Origin: an uncultured Sphingomonadales bacterium
Lineage (GTDB): Bacteria > Pseudomonadota > Alphaproteobacteria > Sphingomonadales > Govanellaceae
Assembly (NCBI GenBank): GCA_964508185.1
Contig: CAZDSS010000002.1
Span: forward strand, 6,674-70,673
Length of the DNA stretch: 64,000 nucleotides
Reading direction: 5' to 3'
Part shown: in pieces, positions 44,134-54,517 of the stretch
How positions within the stretch are numbered: the stretch's first letter is position 1
Layout: each line of letters starts with the position of its first letter
Translations under genes and position numbers: made by a program
The notes under the pieces: generated by a model
What the model was told of the DNA's origin: nothing
Seen by the model: the letters and a program-made list of their open reading frames with translations, nothing else
Databases searched by the model: none

Positions 44134-44907
44134 TCAATAGGGCTTGATGAGGCTGCCGCCGTCCACGGGGAAGGCCGCGCCGGTGGTGAAGCGGGATTCT
44201 TCGGACGCGAGGAACAGGTTGGCCAGCGCCACCTCCTCCGCCGTGCCGATGCGCTTGATGGCGTGGCAGGACGCGAAATAGGCGCGAAGCCCATCGGGAT
44301 CCTCGGCGGCGTCCAGATATTCCTGCAGCATGGGCGTGTCGATCGCCGCCGGATGGACGGAATTGCAGCGGATATTGTAGCCGCTTTCGGCGCAATGGAG
44401 GGCGACGGTCTTGGTGAGATTGTCGAGCGCCGCCTTGCTTGCCCCATAGGCGCAGAGCATGGCGCCGGTGCGGATGCTCTCGATCGACGAGATGTTGATG
44501 ATGGAGCCGTAGCCCGACCGCTTCATGGCCGGGATCGCGTATTTGCAGCCAAGGAACGCCCCTTCCGCATTGGTCAGCTGATGGTCGCGCCATTCTGCGA
44601 GGTCGATCTCCTCGATGGTGCCGGGGCGGCTGATCCCGGCGCTCTGCACCAGGACATGGAGGGCGCCGAAGGTCCGCTCCACTTCCTCGATGGTCCGGAT
44701 CCAGGAATCCTCCGCCCGCACGTCGAGGGGAAGCTCGATCGCGCCGTCGCCAAGCTCCGCCGCAAGGGCCCGGGCCCGTTCCCGGTCGATGTCTCCGATC
44801 GCGACGCGCGCGCCCTCGGCATGGAACAGGCGCACCGTCGCCTCCCCGATCCCCGATGCGCCGCCGGTGACCAGCGCCACCTTGTCCTTGAGCCTGCCCT
44901 GCGTCAT
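44134..44907 (-). CDS. Short-chain dehydrogenase/reductase (SDR)
   Basis: 257 aa. TGGASGIGEA, catalytic YGASKAAL, and NSVHPAAIDTPM. Confidence 0.9.
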   Translation of the reverse strand: MTQGRLKDKVALVTGGASGIGEATVRLFHAEGARVAIGDIDRERARALAAELGDGAIELPLDVRAEDSWIRTIEEVERTFGALHVLVQSAGISRPGTIEEIDLAEWRDHQLTNAEGAFLGCKYAIPAMKRSGYGSIINISSIESIRTGAMLCAYGASKAALDNLTKTVALHCAESGYNIRCNSVHPAAIDTPMLQEYLDAAEDPDGLRAYFASCHAIKRIGTAEEVALANLFLASEESRFTTGAAFPVDGGSLIKPY

Positions 44908-45009
44908 TGAAGCCTCCTTCTGTCTTTCGCTGAGGCTTCCTTTGTACCCCGCGCCCCGACTGCCACCAAGGGTAGTTCTGGCGGTCCCGGCGGCGGAATC
45001 GCGCGCGGC

Positions 45010-46083
45010 TCAGCGCCGCATGGCCGCCCGCGCCCGCCACAGATAGATGCCGAGGCAGACCATGGAAACCAGCCAGATCGCGATGACGAGCACGATCACG
45101 CGCCCGATGGTGCCCACATATTCCCCCGTATGAATGGGGTAGATGGCGTTGAGGAAGGCGGGCCCCGGCCCTTCCTTCAGGGCGTCATGATCGGCGAGAA
45201 TCTGGCCGTTCGCCGCATCCACATAGACCTGCGTGGTGCCGAAGATGCGCCGCGGCTCCTCCGGCTGGCGGATGGTGACGCGGTACCAGTAGGCGTCGGC
45301 CCGCGGCATGGTGAGGATCGAAAGCCGCGCCCCCGGATAGCGGGCGAGCGCCGTCTCGATCGCCGCGTCCGGCGAGACCGGCACGGCGGCGGGATCGCCG
45401 GTGCGGGTGACGGTGGGCGACGCGCTCACCGGGCCGAGCCAGTCATAGAGCGGCCCGCCCCAGACCTGGAGGATACCGGTGGTAACGATGAGGATCGCCG
45501 GAATGCCGAGCCACAGGCCGAGCGCGCGATGCCAGCCATAGGCCTTGGCGGCGCCGCCCTTCGCCTTTGCCGGCGCGAGCGCCCTTCCCCAGCGCCCCGC
45601 CTGCGGCCAGGCGAGCTTGAGGCCAAGGATCAGGTTGGTGAGCAGCAGAAAGCCGCTCGTTCCCACGAGCCAGGCGGACCATTCGCCGGCGAACATGGTC
45701 TCGTGCCAGGTATGGGCGATCTTGAGGATGCCCGCATTCAGGAAATCGTGGTTCGACGGCCGCTCGCGGAGCACGGCGCCGTCGCCGTCCACATGGCGGA
45801 TGCGGGACTTGCCCTCCCCGTCCACGAGATAGATGTCGAAGCGGTCGGGATTGCCGCGGCTTGCATAGACATAGGGAATGCGGCGGTCGGGATTGTCCGC
45901 CTGGGCCTCGGCGATGGCGCGCCCGAGGGCGGCGACGTCCAGCGGATGGGTCTCCCGGTCGATCGACGCCTGATCGAGCTCTCCCTGGAATACGAGCAGG
46001 GCGCCTGTGAGGCCCTGCAACAGCCAGAAAATGGCAAGGATCACGCTGAGCCAGCGATGAATGCGACGCAGGTTGTTCTTCAT
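45010..46083 (-). CDS. PepSY-associated TM-helix protein (PiuB-like)
   Basis: 357 aa. N-terminus RRIHRWLSVILAIFWLLQGLTGALLVF and C-terminal IHTGEYVG are typical of PepSY_TM proteins. Confidence 0.8.
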   Translation of the reverse strand: MKNNLRRIHRWLSVILAIFWLLQGLTGALLVFQGELDQASIDRETHPLDVAALGRAIAEAQADNPDRRIPYVYASRGNPDRFDIYLVDGEGKSRIRHVDGDGAVLRERPSNHDFLNAGILKIAHTWHETMFAGEWSAWLVGTSGFLLLTNLILGLKLAWPQAGRWGRALAPAKAKGGAAKAYGWHRALGLWLGIPAILIVTTGILQVWGGPLYDWLGPVSASPTVTRTGDPAAVPVSPDAAIETALARYPGARLSILTMPRADAYWYRVTIRQPEEPRRIFGTTQVYVDAANGQILADHDALKEGPGPAFLNAIYPIHTGEYVGTIGRVIVLVIAIWLVSMVCLGIYLWRARAAMRR

Positions 46084-46192
46084 GGGGTCAGTCCCCTTTT
46101 CCTTTCAAGCGTCGGTCGAGATTACCGGGTCGCCCCGGATCCGTCTTGACGAGCAGGGCCGAATTTTATCGCAATCGGGCCGCGCCCGTTCA

Positions 46193-49100
46193 TCAATTCG
46201 TGAGCCCGTCCTCGCCATGGAACCAGAGGGGCGGCAACGGCTTCTGGCGCGGCCAGACCTCGTCCAGCGTGTTGCCGTCATAAAGCCGCCCGTTCTTCAT
46301 GACGAACTCGATCGCGCGGGCATGGCGCACGTTTTCAAGGGGGTTGCGGGTGAGAACGAGTAGATCGGCGTATTTCCCGGGCTCGATGCTGCCCATCTGC
46401 CGCCCGCGCCCGATCATGGTGCTGGAGCCGAGGGTCGCGATCCGCAGCACTTCGTGAGGTGTCAGGGCCGAGGCCAGCAGTTCCATTTCCCAATGCATGG
46501 CGACCCCCTCGAACTCGCTGTGGCTCCCGGCGCCGACGATGCCGCCGTTGCGGACGATCTGCGCCACCGCCTTCGCGTAATGGGGATAGGCGTAGCGGTC
46601 GTCGCGGAAGATGGTGAGCCGCTGGCTTTTCTCGTCGATATGGAAGCGCGGGAAGAAGCGGCGGACCTTGGGGTCGTTCGCAAGGTCGTCCTTCAGGGTC
46701 ATCAGGTGCAGGCCCGCGACCCCGTCGCTGATGTCGAGCGTCGGGCTGTAGCCCGTTCCCGTTGCGCGGAACATCTGCACCACGTCGTCGCCGAAGGGTG
46801 TGGCCGGGATCGCATGCTCGACCCCCGCATAGCCGTCGATCACCATGGTGAGATCGAGCTTGAGATTGCTCGCCCCCTCGGTCGTCGGCATCAGCTTCAT
46901 TTCCCGCGCAACATTGGCGAACCACTGCCGCACCTGCCGGTTGCCGACGCGGTACTGCTTCAGGTTCTGCACGCGGTAATGATCCCGGTAGCGGGTGAGC
47001 ACGTCGCGCACCTGCTGCTCGGACCTGAATTCGTTGAAGGAGAAGACGGCGGGCCCCGTGGAATAGGCGCGAAGCCCCGTCATCATCCCCGCCGCCAGCA
47101 TGTCCTCGTAGGGCAGCATGTCGATGGTGAGCGGCGACACATCGAGCCCCGCGGTCACGCCGAAGGCGAGGTTGGCGAGGAAGGCGTAATTTTCCAGATC
47201 CAGCACCCGGCGGCGGATCTCCGCCCAATGGGCGTGACTGTCCACGAGCCCCGGCATGACGAAGCGGCCCGAAAGATCGCGCAGCTCCGCCCCCTCCGGC
47301 ACGGGGAAGGATCCGCGGGAGCCGATGGCCGCGATGCGATTGTCGCGGATCAGGATGTCGGCGTCATGGATCACCTCGTCGCCCTTCATGGTGATGGCGG
47401 TCGCGCCGCGAAGGAGGAGCAAACCCTCCGGCTTGTCGCGCGGCATCTCCACGACGGCGACGAAACTCTGCGTGCTGCGGGCGATGGTGTCGTTCGTCTC
47501 CGGCGGGCCGGAGAAATCGATGCTCGCGAGCGGACGGCGGTAGAAGCTCGACCCCACCGCCCAGGTGATTGTGCGCCCGTCATCCGCCCAGTTCATGAAA
47601 TCGGCGCCGACGGTCGTGAGCTGGCGATGGGCGACCGCCGCGCCGCCCACATCCGCTTCCACCGCCGCGCCGCTGAGCGGCGGCATGGCGACGAGATATA
47701 GCTGCGACCGGATCTGGGCGAGCAGCCATTTGCCGTCGGGGCTGAGGCGCAGATCGAAGACGGGGACGCGGCCTTCCTCGAAATAATATGCGGGGCCCGT
47801 CACCTTCACATGCCGCCGCCGGTCGGAGCCGTCGGGCCGGAAGGAGGTGAGTCCTTCCGCCGCATGGATGAAAACCCGGTCGGCGTCCCTCGTGAACTGC
47901 GCCGGGCCGCCGAAGGCGCCGCTTGCGATCCGCTCCGCCCGCCCCGTTTCCAGATCGATGCGGACGAGATCCGCCTGGCGAAACGCGCCATATTCCATGC
48001 GGCTGTGGAGCCGGGCATGATGGCTCGACCGCAGGACCATCACGCTCCGCCCGTCGGGCGTGAAAACGGGATCGCTGTAATAGGCGGCATCCTGCGTGAG
48101 GCGTTCGGGCGTCCCGCCGTCGCGGGCGACGCGCCACACATGCCCCCCGTCCCGCGCCGTCCAGGTGACGAAGGTGACCTGTTTTCCGTCCGGCGACCAG
48201 GCGGGCTGGAATTCGGGAAGATCGCCGTCGGTGAGACGCCGCGGCGTCGCGCCGTTTGCCGCAAGATCCATGGCGTAGATCCGCGCGAAGGCGGAAAAGA
48301 CCAGAAGCTTGCCGTCGGGCGACTGGCTGGGGTTGCGGATGAGGCGGGCGCGCACCGGGCCCTCGTCGTCCGCAAGCTCGCGGCGGAGCGATGGGCCCGC
48401 CACAAGCCGCACATCCGCCGTGAAGGGAATGACCGTGGCCTCGCCGGTATCAAGGGCCACGCGCCGGATGCGCCCCTCATGGGCGAAGATCACGGCCTCC
48501 CCGTCCGGCGTGAAGGCGTAGCGGGGAATGAGGTCGAGGGTCGGCCAGCTTTCCTGCTCGTCCATCTGCACGGGATAGGCGACGAGCCGGTCGTCCCCCG
48601 TCTCGAGATCGCGAAGCCTCAGCGCCGTGCCGTCCTTGAGCCGCGTCGCATAGAGCAGCTTGCGGCCGTCGCGGGACAGCACCGGGCGCATGGCGCTCCC
48701 CTGCGCGGTCACCACCGTCTCCTCGTCGCCGGTCGCAAGGTCACGGCGCTGGATGGACCAGAGGGGCAGCGCATCGCTGCTCGCGAAGCGGCCCGCCTTG
48801 CTGGCGTAATAGACATGCCGCCCGTCGGGAGAGGCCGCGACCCCGAGGGCGTTGCGTCCGTTCTCGCGGAACACGGGAAGGCCCGTGCCGCCCGCCACGT
48901 CATAGGCCCAGATCTCGAACAGGCCGCGGTCCGGCCGGATGCGCGAGACATAGACGAAGCGACCGTCCGGCGACCAGGCGGGCGACGTGAACTCCGTATT
49001 GTCGTCGATCTGGGAAAGCTGGCGCGGATTGCCGCCGTCCGCATCCGCGATCCACAGGTTTTCGTTGCCGCTGCGGTCGCTGACGAAGGCGATGCGCCTG

Positions 49101-49387
49101 CCGTCGGGCGAAAAGACCGGCTGGGATTCGAAGGCAAGGCCCCTGAGGATCGGTCGGGCCTTGCCGCCACTCGCATCGACGGCATAGATGTCGCCCAGCA
49201 TGTCGAAGATGATGCTGCGGCCGTCGGGCGACATGTCGAGCCACATCCAGGTGCCCGTCTCCGTGGTGAAGCGGATCTCCCGCGTGTTGCGGAGCGGCAG
49301 CGGATCCTCGGCGGCGAGGCCCGAAACCGGCAGCAGGGCGGCCGCCGCAAGACACAGGATCCGCGTGAAGGGCAGGATGCGCATCAT
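46193..49387 (-). CDS. Periplasmic TolB-like beta-propeller / amidohydrolase fusion protein
   Basis: 1064 aa. Signal peptide MMRILPFTRILCLAAAALLPVSGLAA. The N-terminal roughly 600 aa contain repeated PxFSPDG/WSPDG propeller blades. The C-terminal amidohydrolase domain carries PGLVDSHAHW. Confidence 0.85.
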   Translation of the reverse strand: MMRILPFTRILCLAAAALLPVSGLAAEDPLPLRNTREIRFTTETGTWMWLDMSPDGRSIIFDMLGDIYAVDASGGKARPILRGLAFESQPVFSPDGRRIAFVSDRSGNENLWIADADGGNPRQLSQIDDNTEFTSPAWSPDGRFVYVSRIRPDRGLFEIWAYDVAGGTGLPVFRENGRNALGVAASPDGRHVYYASKAGRFASSDALPLWSIQRRDLATGDEETVVTAQGSAMRPVLSRDGRKLLYATRLKDGTALRLRDLETGDDRLVAYPVQMDEQESWPTLDLIPRYAFTPDGEAVIFAHEGRIRRVALDTGEATVIPFTADVRLVAGPSLRRELADDEGPVRARLIRNPSQSPDGKLLVFSAFARIYAMDLAANGATPRRLTDGDLPEFQPAWSPDGKQVTFVTWTARDGGHVWRVARDGGTPERLTQDAAYYSDPVFTPDGRSVMVLRSSHHARLHSRMEYGAFRQADLVRIDLETGRAERIASGAFGGPAQFTRDADRVFIHAAEGLTSFRPDGSDRRRHVKVTGPAYYFEEGRVPVFDLRLSPDGKWLLAQIRSQLYLVAMPPLSGAAVEADVGGAAVAHRQLTTVGADFMNWADDGRTITWAVGSSFYRRPLASIDFSGPPETNDTIARSTQSFVAVVEMPRDKPEGLLLLRGATAITMKGDEVIHDADILIRDNRIAAIGSRGSFPVPEGAELRDLSGRFVMPGLVDSHAHWAEIRRRVLDLENYAFLANLAFGVTAGLDVSPLTIDMLPYEDMLAAGMMTGLRAYSTGPAVFSFNEFRSEQQVRDVLTRYRDHYRVQNLKQYRVGNRQVRQWFANVAREMKLMPTTEGASNLKLDLTMVIDGYAGVEHAIPATPFGDDVVQMFRATGTGYSPTLDISDGVAGLHLMTLKDDLANDPKVRRFFPRFHIDEKSQRLTIFRDDRYAYPHYAKAVAQIVRNGGIVGAGSHSEFEGVAMHWEMELLASALTPHEVLRIATLGSSTMIGRGRQMGSIEPGKYADLLVLTRNPLENVRHARAIEFVMKNGRLYDGNTLDEVWPRQKPLPPLWFHGEDGLTN

Positions 49388-49396
49388 CAGGACACC

Positions 49397-50686
49397 TCAG
49401 CGATAGGCGGGCGGCAGTCCGGAATTCCGGTTCTTCGGGTGATAACGGTCGCGAAGCTCCGTTTCACGGGTCTTCAGCGATACGGGCGTCCCGCCGACGA
49501 TGACTTCGACAGGCGCGCTCGTCACCTCCAGCGGATCGCCGTCCCAGATCACGAGATCGGCCGCGTGGCCTGCGGCGATGACGCCCGCGTCCGCCATGCC
49601 CCAGATCTTCGCAGCGTTACGGGTGAGCGCCGCAAGCGCCGCATCCCAGGGAAGGCCGTTCGCGACCGCGATCCCGGCGCTTTCGCGGGGACTTGCGCCC
49701 GCATGGTAGGTCATGTTGATGCCGGAATTGAAGAAGGCGATCGTCACCCCCGCTTCATGGAGCATCGCCGCATTGTCGCGCCGCGCGCCCATCTGGTCGA
49801 AGCTCGTGGGCAGATTGTCGGCGGGATCGATCACCACCGGAATGTTCCTGGCGGCAAGCAGGTCCGCGACCCGCCAGGCCTCCGCCGCCCCGACGAGGAT
49901 GACGCGGATGCCGTAGTCGTCCGCAAGGCGCACCGCCTCGCGAATGTCCGACTCCCGATGGACGGAAAGGGCGAGCGGGATTTCCCCCTTCAGCACCGGC
50001 TGCAGGGCTTCGACATCGATCTGCCGCAAAAACTGCTCCCCGCCCGGACGGTTGCGGAAGACGCGGAGGAAACTGCCCTGCGCGCGCGCCTCGTCGAAGG
50101 CGCGGCGGATCATCTGCCATTCGGCGCTTCGCGACCGGTCGCCCTCGCCCGTGGTGCCGCCGCCGACGGCGGCGAAGAGCGCGATTTTCGGCCGGTCCAG
50201 AATGTCGGACCCGGGCAGGAGGCGGAGACCGGCGCCGAAGCCGAGAAAGGGCGTTCCCGTCTGGCTGCTCGGCGCGGCGACGGCGCGGGTGAGCCCCTCC
50301 GCCCGCGCGATGGGGATCGCGACGGATGCGGCATTGATGCCGTATTGCACGTCGAAGGCGATGCCATAGCCCTGCGCCCCCTGGGCGTGGTCCACCGTAT
50401 CTTCCGCATTCCCCACCTCGACGAGGCCGAGGCGGGTGAGCGAATTCGTGAGGCCGGGGGTCACGAACCTTCCCCCCGCATCGATCACGCGGGCATCATC
50501 CGGAGCATCGGTTTCTGTACCCACCGCCGCGATCTTTCCATCGCGAATGACGATCGTCGCGTCATCAAGCGTGCCCCCGTCGGTCATGGTGACGGCGCGG
50601 GCATGGGTGATGACGACGGTTTCCGCCGCGGCGGGAGCGGACGCGAGAAGAAGGGCCGTGGCCAGGGCCGCAACACATGTCCTCAT
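49397..50686 (-). CDS. Periplasmic amidohydrolase family protein
   Basis: 429 aa. Signal peptide ending SAPAAA. Amidohydrolase-like composite-domain N-terminus (IVIRDGKIAAVG). 4-bp overlap with the upstream gene. Confidence 0.8.
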   Translation of the reverse strand: MRTCVAALATALLLASAPAAAETVVITHARAVTMTDGGTLDDATIVIRDGKIAAVGTETDAPDDARVIDAGGRFVTPGLTNSLTRLGLVEVGNAEDTVDHAQGAQGYGIAFDVQYGINAASVAIPIARAEGLTRAVAAPSSQTGTPFLGFGAGLRLLPGSDILDRPKIALFAAVGGGTTGEGDRSRSAEWQMIRRAFDEARAQGSFLRVFRNRPGGEQFLRQIDVEALQPVLKGEIPLALSVHRESDIREAVRLADDYGIRVILVGAAEAWRVADLLAARNIPVVIDPADNLPTSFDQMGARRDNAAMLHEAGVTIAFFNSGINMTYHAGASPRESAGIAVANGLPWDAALAALTRNAAKIWGMADAGVIAAGHAADLVIWDGDPLEVTSAPVEVIVGGTPVSLKTRETELRDRYHPKNRNSGLPPAYR

Positions 50687-52101
50687 CGCCGCCCCTCCCC
50701 GGCAAAGCCCAGCTCAAGGTCTGAGCCCGGCTGAAACGCCGGATCCGCCCGGTCATAGACAAGGGCGCCGTCGATATAGACCTGATCGGCCTTGCTGTAG
50801 GTGCTGAAGGGATCGCCGGACCAGACGACGAGGTCGGCATTCTTGCCCGGCTCGATGGAGCCGATCCTGTCCTCGAGCCCGATGAGGCGGGCCGCATTCA
50901 GCGTTACCCAGCGGATTGCATGCTCGCTCGGGATATCAAGCCCGGCGCGGCGCCCCGCCGCCATGGCCTTGGCCGCTTCCAGATTGAGCCGCTGCCCGAC
51001 GACAGGGGAATCCGAATGCATGGCGGCGCAGCCGCCCGCGGCGTCGAGGAAGGCCGCATTCTCGCGGATGCCGTCGATCCCTTCCATCTTGAAGCCCCAC
51101 CAGTCGGACCAGACGGCGGCGCAGATTCCCTTTTCGGCAAGCAGGGGCGCGATCTTGTAGGCCTCCGTCGCATGATGGAAGGCCGCAAGGCGCAGGCCGA
51201 ACTCGGCCGCCACGTCCATGACGTTCGCCATGTCGTCGGCGCGGTAGCAATGGACATGGACCCGGATTTCACCCTGAAGCGCCCGCGCGAGGGTTTCGAG
51301 CCTGAAGTCCCGGGCGGGCGGCGGATCGTCGTCCCCTTCGGCAAGCTCCCGCCGGTATTCATCCCACTTGGCCATGTATTCGCGCGCCGCCTGCAGCGCC
51401 TGGCGCATGCCGGCGACGACACCCATGCGGCTTCCCGGCGCCATGCCGCGCAGCCCATAGTTGTATTTGGGATTTTCCCCGCAGGCCATCTTGAGCGGCA
51501 CCGGCGCGCCGGGGAATTTTCGGTCCTGCACGGTCACCGTCGGCACGTTCTTGAGGACGACGCCCCGGCCGCCGAAGAGATTGGTGGAGCCGGGCAGGAT
51601 CTGCAGCGTGGTCACGCCCCCTTCGAGCGCGCGGACGAAGGCCGGATCCTGGGCGAAGATCGCGTGCTCGGCGAAGACATGGGCGGTGTTGGGATCGGTG
51701 CGCTCGTTCACGTCCCAGGACTTGAGCTCGAGCGGCGTGATGGGAAGCGGCGCGTTGCCGAGATGGGAATGAGGGTCGACGATCCCGGGGGTGAGCCACC
51801 GTCCCGCGCCGTCGATGACCTCGACGCCGGCCGGGATCTCGAGATCCGCGCCGATGGCCGCGATCTTGCCGTCCCGCACCAGAACCGCGCCCTTCTCGAT
51901 GCGACCGCCCGCGCCGTCGAGGATGGTGACATTGGTGATCGCAAGGTCATGGCGGGGAAGCGGCGCATAGGTGCTGGGGAACGGGTCCGGATCGAAGGGA
52001 AAGAGGTCGTCCGCCATGGCTTGGCCGGTCAATGCGGCAAGGATCAAAACCGCTGCCGCCACATGTCCCACCGCGCGCCCCCTGAGCTTTTCCTCCGTCA
52101 A
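50683..52101 (-). CDS. Periplasmic amidohydrolase family protein (imidazolonepropionase/dipeptidase-like)
   Basis: 472 aa with a signal peptide. Motifs LVRDGKIAAIGA, PGIVDPHSHLG and later HCY/HH ligand blocks. Confidence 0.82.
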   Translation of the reverse strand: MTEEKLRGRAVGHVAAAVLILAALTGQAMADDLFPFDPDPFPSTYAPLPRHDLAITNVTILDGAGGRIEKGAVLVRDGKIAAIGADLEIPAGVEVIDGAGRWLTPGIVDPHSHLGNAPLPITPLELKSWDVNERTDPNTAHVFAEHAIFAQDPAFVRALEGGVTTLQILPGSTNLFGGRGVVLKNVPTVTVQDRKFPGAPVPLKMACGENPKYNYGLRGMAPGSRMGVVAGMRQALQAAREYMAKWDEYRRELAEGDDDPPPARDFRLETLARALQGEIRVHVHCYRADDMANVMDVAAEFGLRLAAFHHATEAYKIAPLLAEKGICAAVWSDWWGFKMEGIDGIRENAAFLDAAGGCAAMHSDSPVVGQRLNLEAAKAMAAGRRAGLDIPSEHAIRWVTLNAARLIGLEDRIGSIEPGKNADLVVWSGDPFSTYSKADQVYIDGALVYDRADPAFQPGSDLELGFAGEGRR

Positions 52102-52195
52102 CGAACCGCCCCCCTTCGGATCTTCGCCAAAAACAGCCGTGGCCCGGAAACAATTGTGGCGTGGATCATATCAGATCCACGCCACCCGTGCAGGA

Positions 52196-54376
52196 TCAGA
52201 ACTTGCGGGTGATGGAGCCCACCACCTGCCGCTTCACGCCGTAGAAGCAGTCGGTGGCGGAGCTGCAACGCTGGACATATTCCTTGTCGAACAGGTTGTT
52301 GGCATTGACCGCAAGCCGCCACTGTTCGGTGTCGTAATGGATGATGGCGTCGAACAGGGTGACGCTGCCCGTGCGCCACAGATTGGCCTCATCCCCGAAG
52401 ACGGAGCTGATATGGCGCACGCCCGCGCCAGCGCCGAGACCGGCGAGCGGCCCGTCCTGGAAGGTATAGTCCACGAGGAGCGACGCCTTGTGCTTCGGCA
52501 CCGCCATCAGGCGGGAGCCGAGGACGGCGGGATCGTTGCTCTCGGTCACCTCGCTGTCCGTGTAGGTGTAGGAGGCGTTGATGCTCAGGCGCTCGCGCCA
52601 GCGCATGACGCCTTCAAGCTCGACGCCGTTCACCTCCACTTCCCCTTCCTGCACCTGGGCGAAGGGGTTGCTCGGGTCGTTGGCCGGGGTCAGCACGTTC
52701 TTCTGCACCAGGTTGAACACCGCGGCGGAGGCGAAGACCTTGAGATCGGGGCCGAGATTGGCGCCATCATACTTGATCCCCGCTTCGTACTGCGTGCCGG
52801 TCGTCGGCACGAACGGGTCGCCCGTATAGACGCTGCGGCCCGCCACCGGCTGGAAGGACTTGGCCATCTGCACATAGGGCGCGATGCCGCTCGGGAAGAC
52901 GTAGTTGAGGCCCACGCGATAGGTGAACTTGTCGTCCTTCGTGCGGTCGCCGGCATTGGCGCTGGACACCCAGTCCTGACGGCCGCTGACGGTGAGCACC
53001 AGACGGTCGAAGCGGATCTGGTCCTGGATGTAGAGGCCCTTCTGCTTCTGCTGCTGGTCGTCGAACGGGAACAGCGCGGGCATGGGCACGTCGGCGCCAT
53101 AGACCGGATTGAAGATGTCGATGGACGGCGCGACGGCAAAGCCGAATTCCGACTGATAGTCATAGTCACGGTAATCGAAGCCGACGAGGATCGAATGTTC
53201 GAGCGCGCCGGTGTTCACCTGCCAGTGCAGGCGCGTGTCCACGTTGAACGACTTCACCACCTCGTTGAACGGGAAGTCGTAGCGGTTGAGCGTGCGGTAG
53301 TCGTCCGGCACGCCGTCGAAGTCGGCGTCCAGCAGCCCCGCGCCGTAGATCACGCGGGACTCCGTCTCGGCCTTGAAATATTTCAGGTTCTGCTGCAGCG
53401 ACAGGTTGTCGGCGAAGCTGTGGGAGAAGTCATAGCCCACCGCCCACTGCTCGCGGTTGAAGAAGTTGACCCCCGGCTCGCCGGGGAAGAAGCTCGGCGA
53501 GATCTTGCCGAGGGGGTTCGGCAGCAGCGTGCCGAAGGCCGGCAGGAAGCCGTGGGTCTCGTTGTCCACGTCATCCTTCTGGTAATAGGCAAGCAGCGTG
53601 AGCTGGGTCTCGGGCTTGAGCTGCATGGTCAGCGCCGGGGCCACATAGACGCGCTCGGACTCGGCGTAATCCACCTGGCTTTCGCGGTCGCGATAGAGGC
53701 CGGTCAGGCGGAAGGCGAGATTTTCGGTGATCGGGCCGGTGATGTCGGCGTTGGCCTGCTTGTGATCGTAATTGCCGTACTGGATCTCGGCCTCGCCGCC
53801 CCATTCGAACTGGGGCCGGCGGCTGCGCATGTTGACGATGCCGCCGGGCGGCGTCTGGCCGTAGAGCACCGAGGACGGACCCTTGAGCACATCGACGCTC
53901 TCGAAGCCGTAAAGATCGGTGCCCGTATTGGTGACCGAGCCCACCGGGGCCTGCAGGCCGTCGATATACTGGACGGGATAGAAGCCGCGCACGGTCAGCC
54001 AGTCATAGCGGTCATCAGGCCCGAAATTCTCGCCCGTCACACCCGCCGTGTAGCGCATGGCGTCCTGCAGGCTGCTCCAGTTCAGAAGGTCGATCTGGTC
54101 GCGGGAGATGAGGGTCACCGATTGCGGGATCTCGACCAGCGGCGCATCGTCCTTGAGCGCCGACCGGCTCGCGCTCGGCACGTATTCCGGCGCGCTCACG
54201 ATGATTTCTTCCATGGAAAGGGGCCGGTCCTTGTCGGCCGCCGCGTTTCCACCCTCCTGAGCGACCGCCGCCGTCGCGCCGGCGATGATGACGAGCGCCG
54301 TGGTGCCGCGGCAGAGCGCCCGCAGGGACCGCAGCGCGGCGGCCCGTTTTCCTTGTTCAGATGCCATAGCGGCCAT
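52196..54376 (-). CDS. TonB-dependent siderophore-type receptor (FhuA/FhuE-like)
   Basis: 726 aa from the ATG at 54376 (GGGAGAGGA upstream). Plug region VDVLKGPSSVLYGQTPPGGIVNM. C-terminal Phe. The PepSY_TM gene lies nearby. Confidence 0.88.
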   Translation of the reverse strand: MAAMASEQGKRAAALRSLRALCRGTTALVIIAGATAAVAQEGGNAAADKDRPLSMEEIIVSAPEYVPSASRSALKDDAPLVEIPQSVTLISRDQIDLLNWSSLQDAMRYTAGVTGENFGPDDRYDWLTVRGFYPVQYIDGLQAPVGSVTNTGTDLYGFESVDVLKGPSSVLYGQTPPGGIVNMRSRRPQFEWGGEAEIQYGNYDHKQANADITGPITENLAFRLTGLYRDRESQVDYAESERVYVAPALTMQLKPETQLTLLAYYQKDDVDNETHGFLPAFGTLLPNPLGKISPSFFPGEPGVNFFNREQWAVGYDFSHSFADNLSLQQNLKYFKAETESRVIYGAGLLDADFDGVPDDYRTLNRYDFPFNEVVKSFNVDTRLHWQVNTGALEHSILVGFDYRDYDYQSEFGFAVAPSIDIFNPVYGADVPMPALFPFDDQQQKQKGLYIQDQIRFDRLVLTVSGRQDWVSSANAGDRTKDDKFTYRVGLNYVFPSGIAPYVQMAKSFQPVAGRSVYTGDPFVPTTGTQYEAGIKYDGANLGPDLKVFASAAVFNLVQKNVLTPANDPSNPFAQVQEGEVEVNGVELEGVMRWRERLSINASYTYTDSEVTESNDPAVLGSRLMAVPKHKASLLVDYTFQDGPLAGLGAGAGVRHISSVFGDEANLWRTGSVTLFDAIIHYDTEQWRLAVNANNLFDKEYVQRCSSATDCFYGVKRQVVGSITRKF

Positions 54377-54517
54377 GATTTCCTCTCCCGTCCTGTCTTG
54401 TGATCTTGACGCCACGCTGGAAGGGGCCATTCAGGCGCGATTTCCCGCCTGGGCACATGACCCCGAACTTCACTTTAGACCTCTGCCACAAACCCGCTTT
54501 CGCATAAGGGCCGTAGA

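Noticed and set aside
46084-46192. Possible Fur box or terminator in the region upstream of the PepSY_TM gene (GAATTTTATCGCAATCG, and the short hairpin CGGGC-CGC-GCCCG)
   Set aside because: The match to the Fur consensus GATAATGATAATCATTATC is poor. The hairpin has only 5 bp and no U-tract. Neither can be supported.
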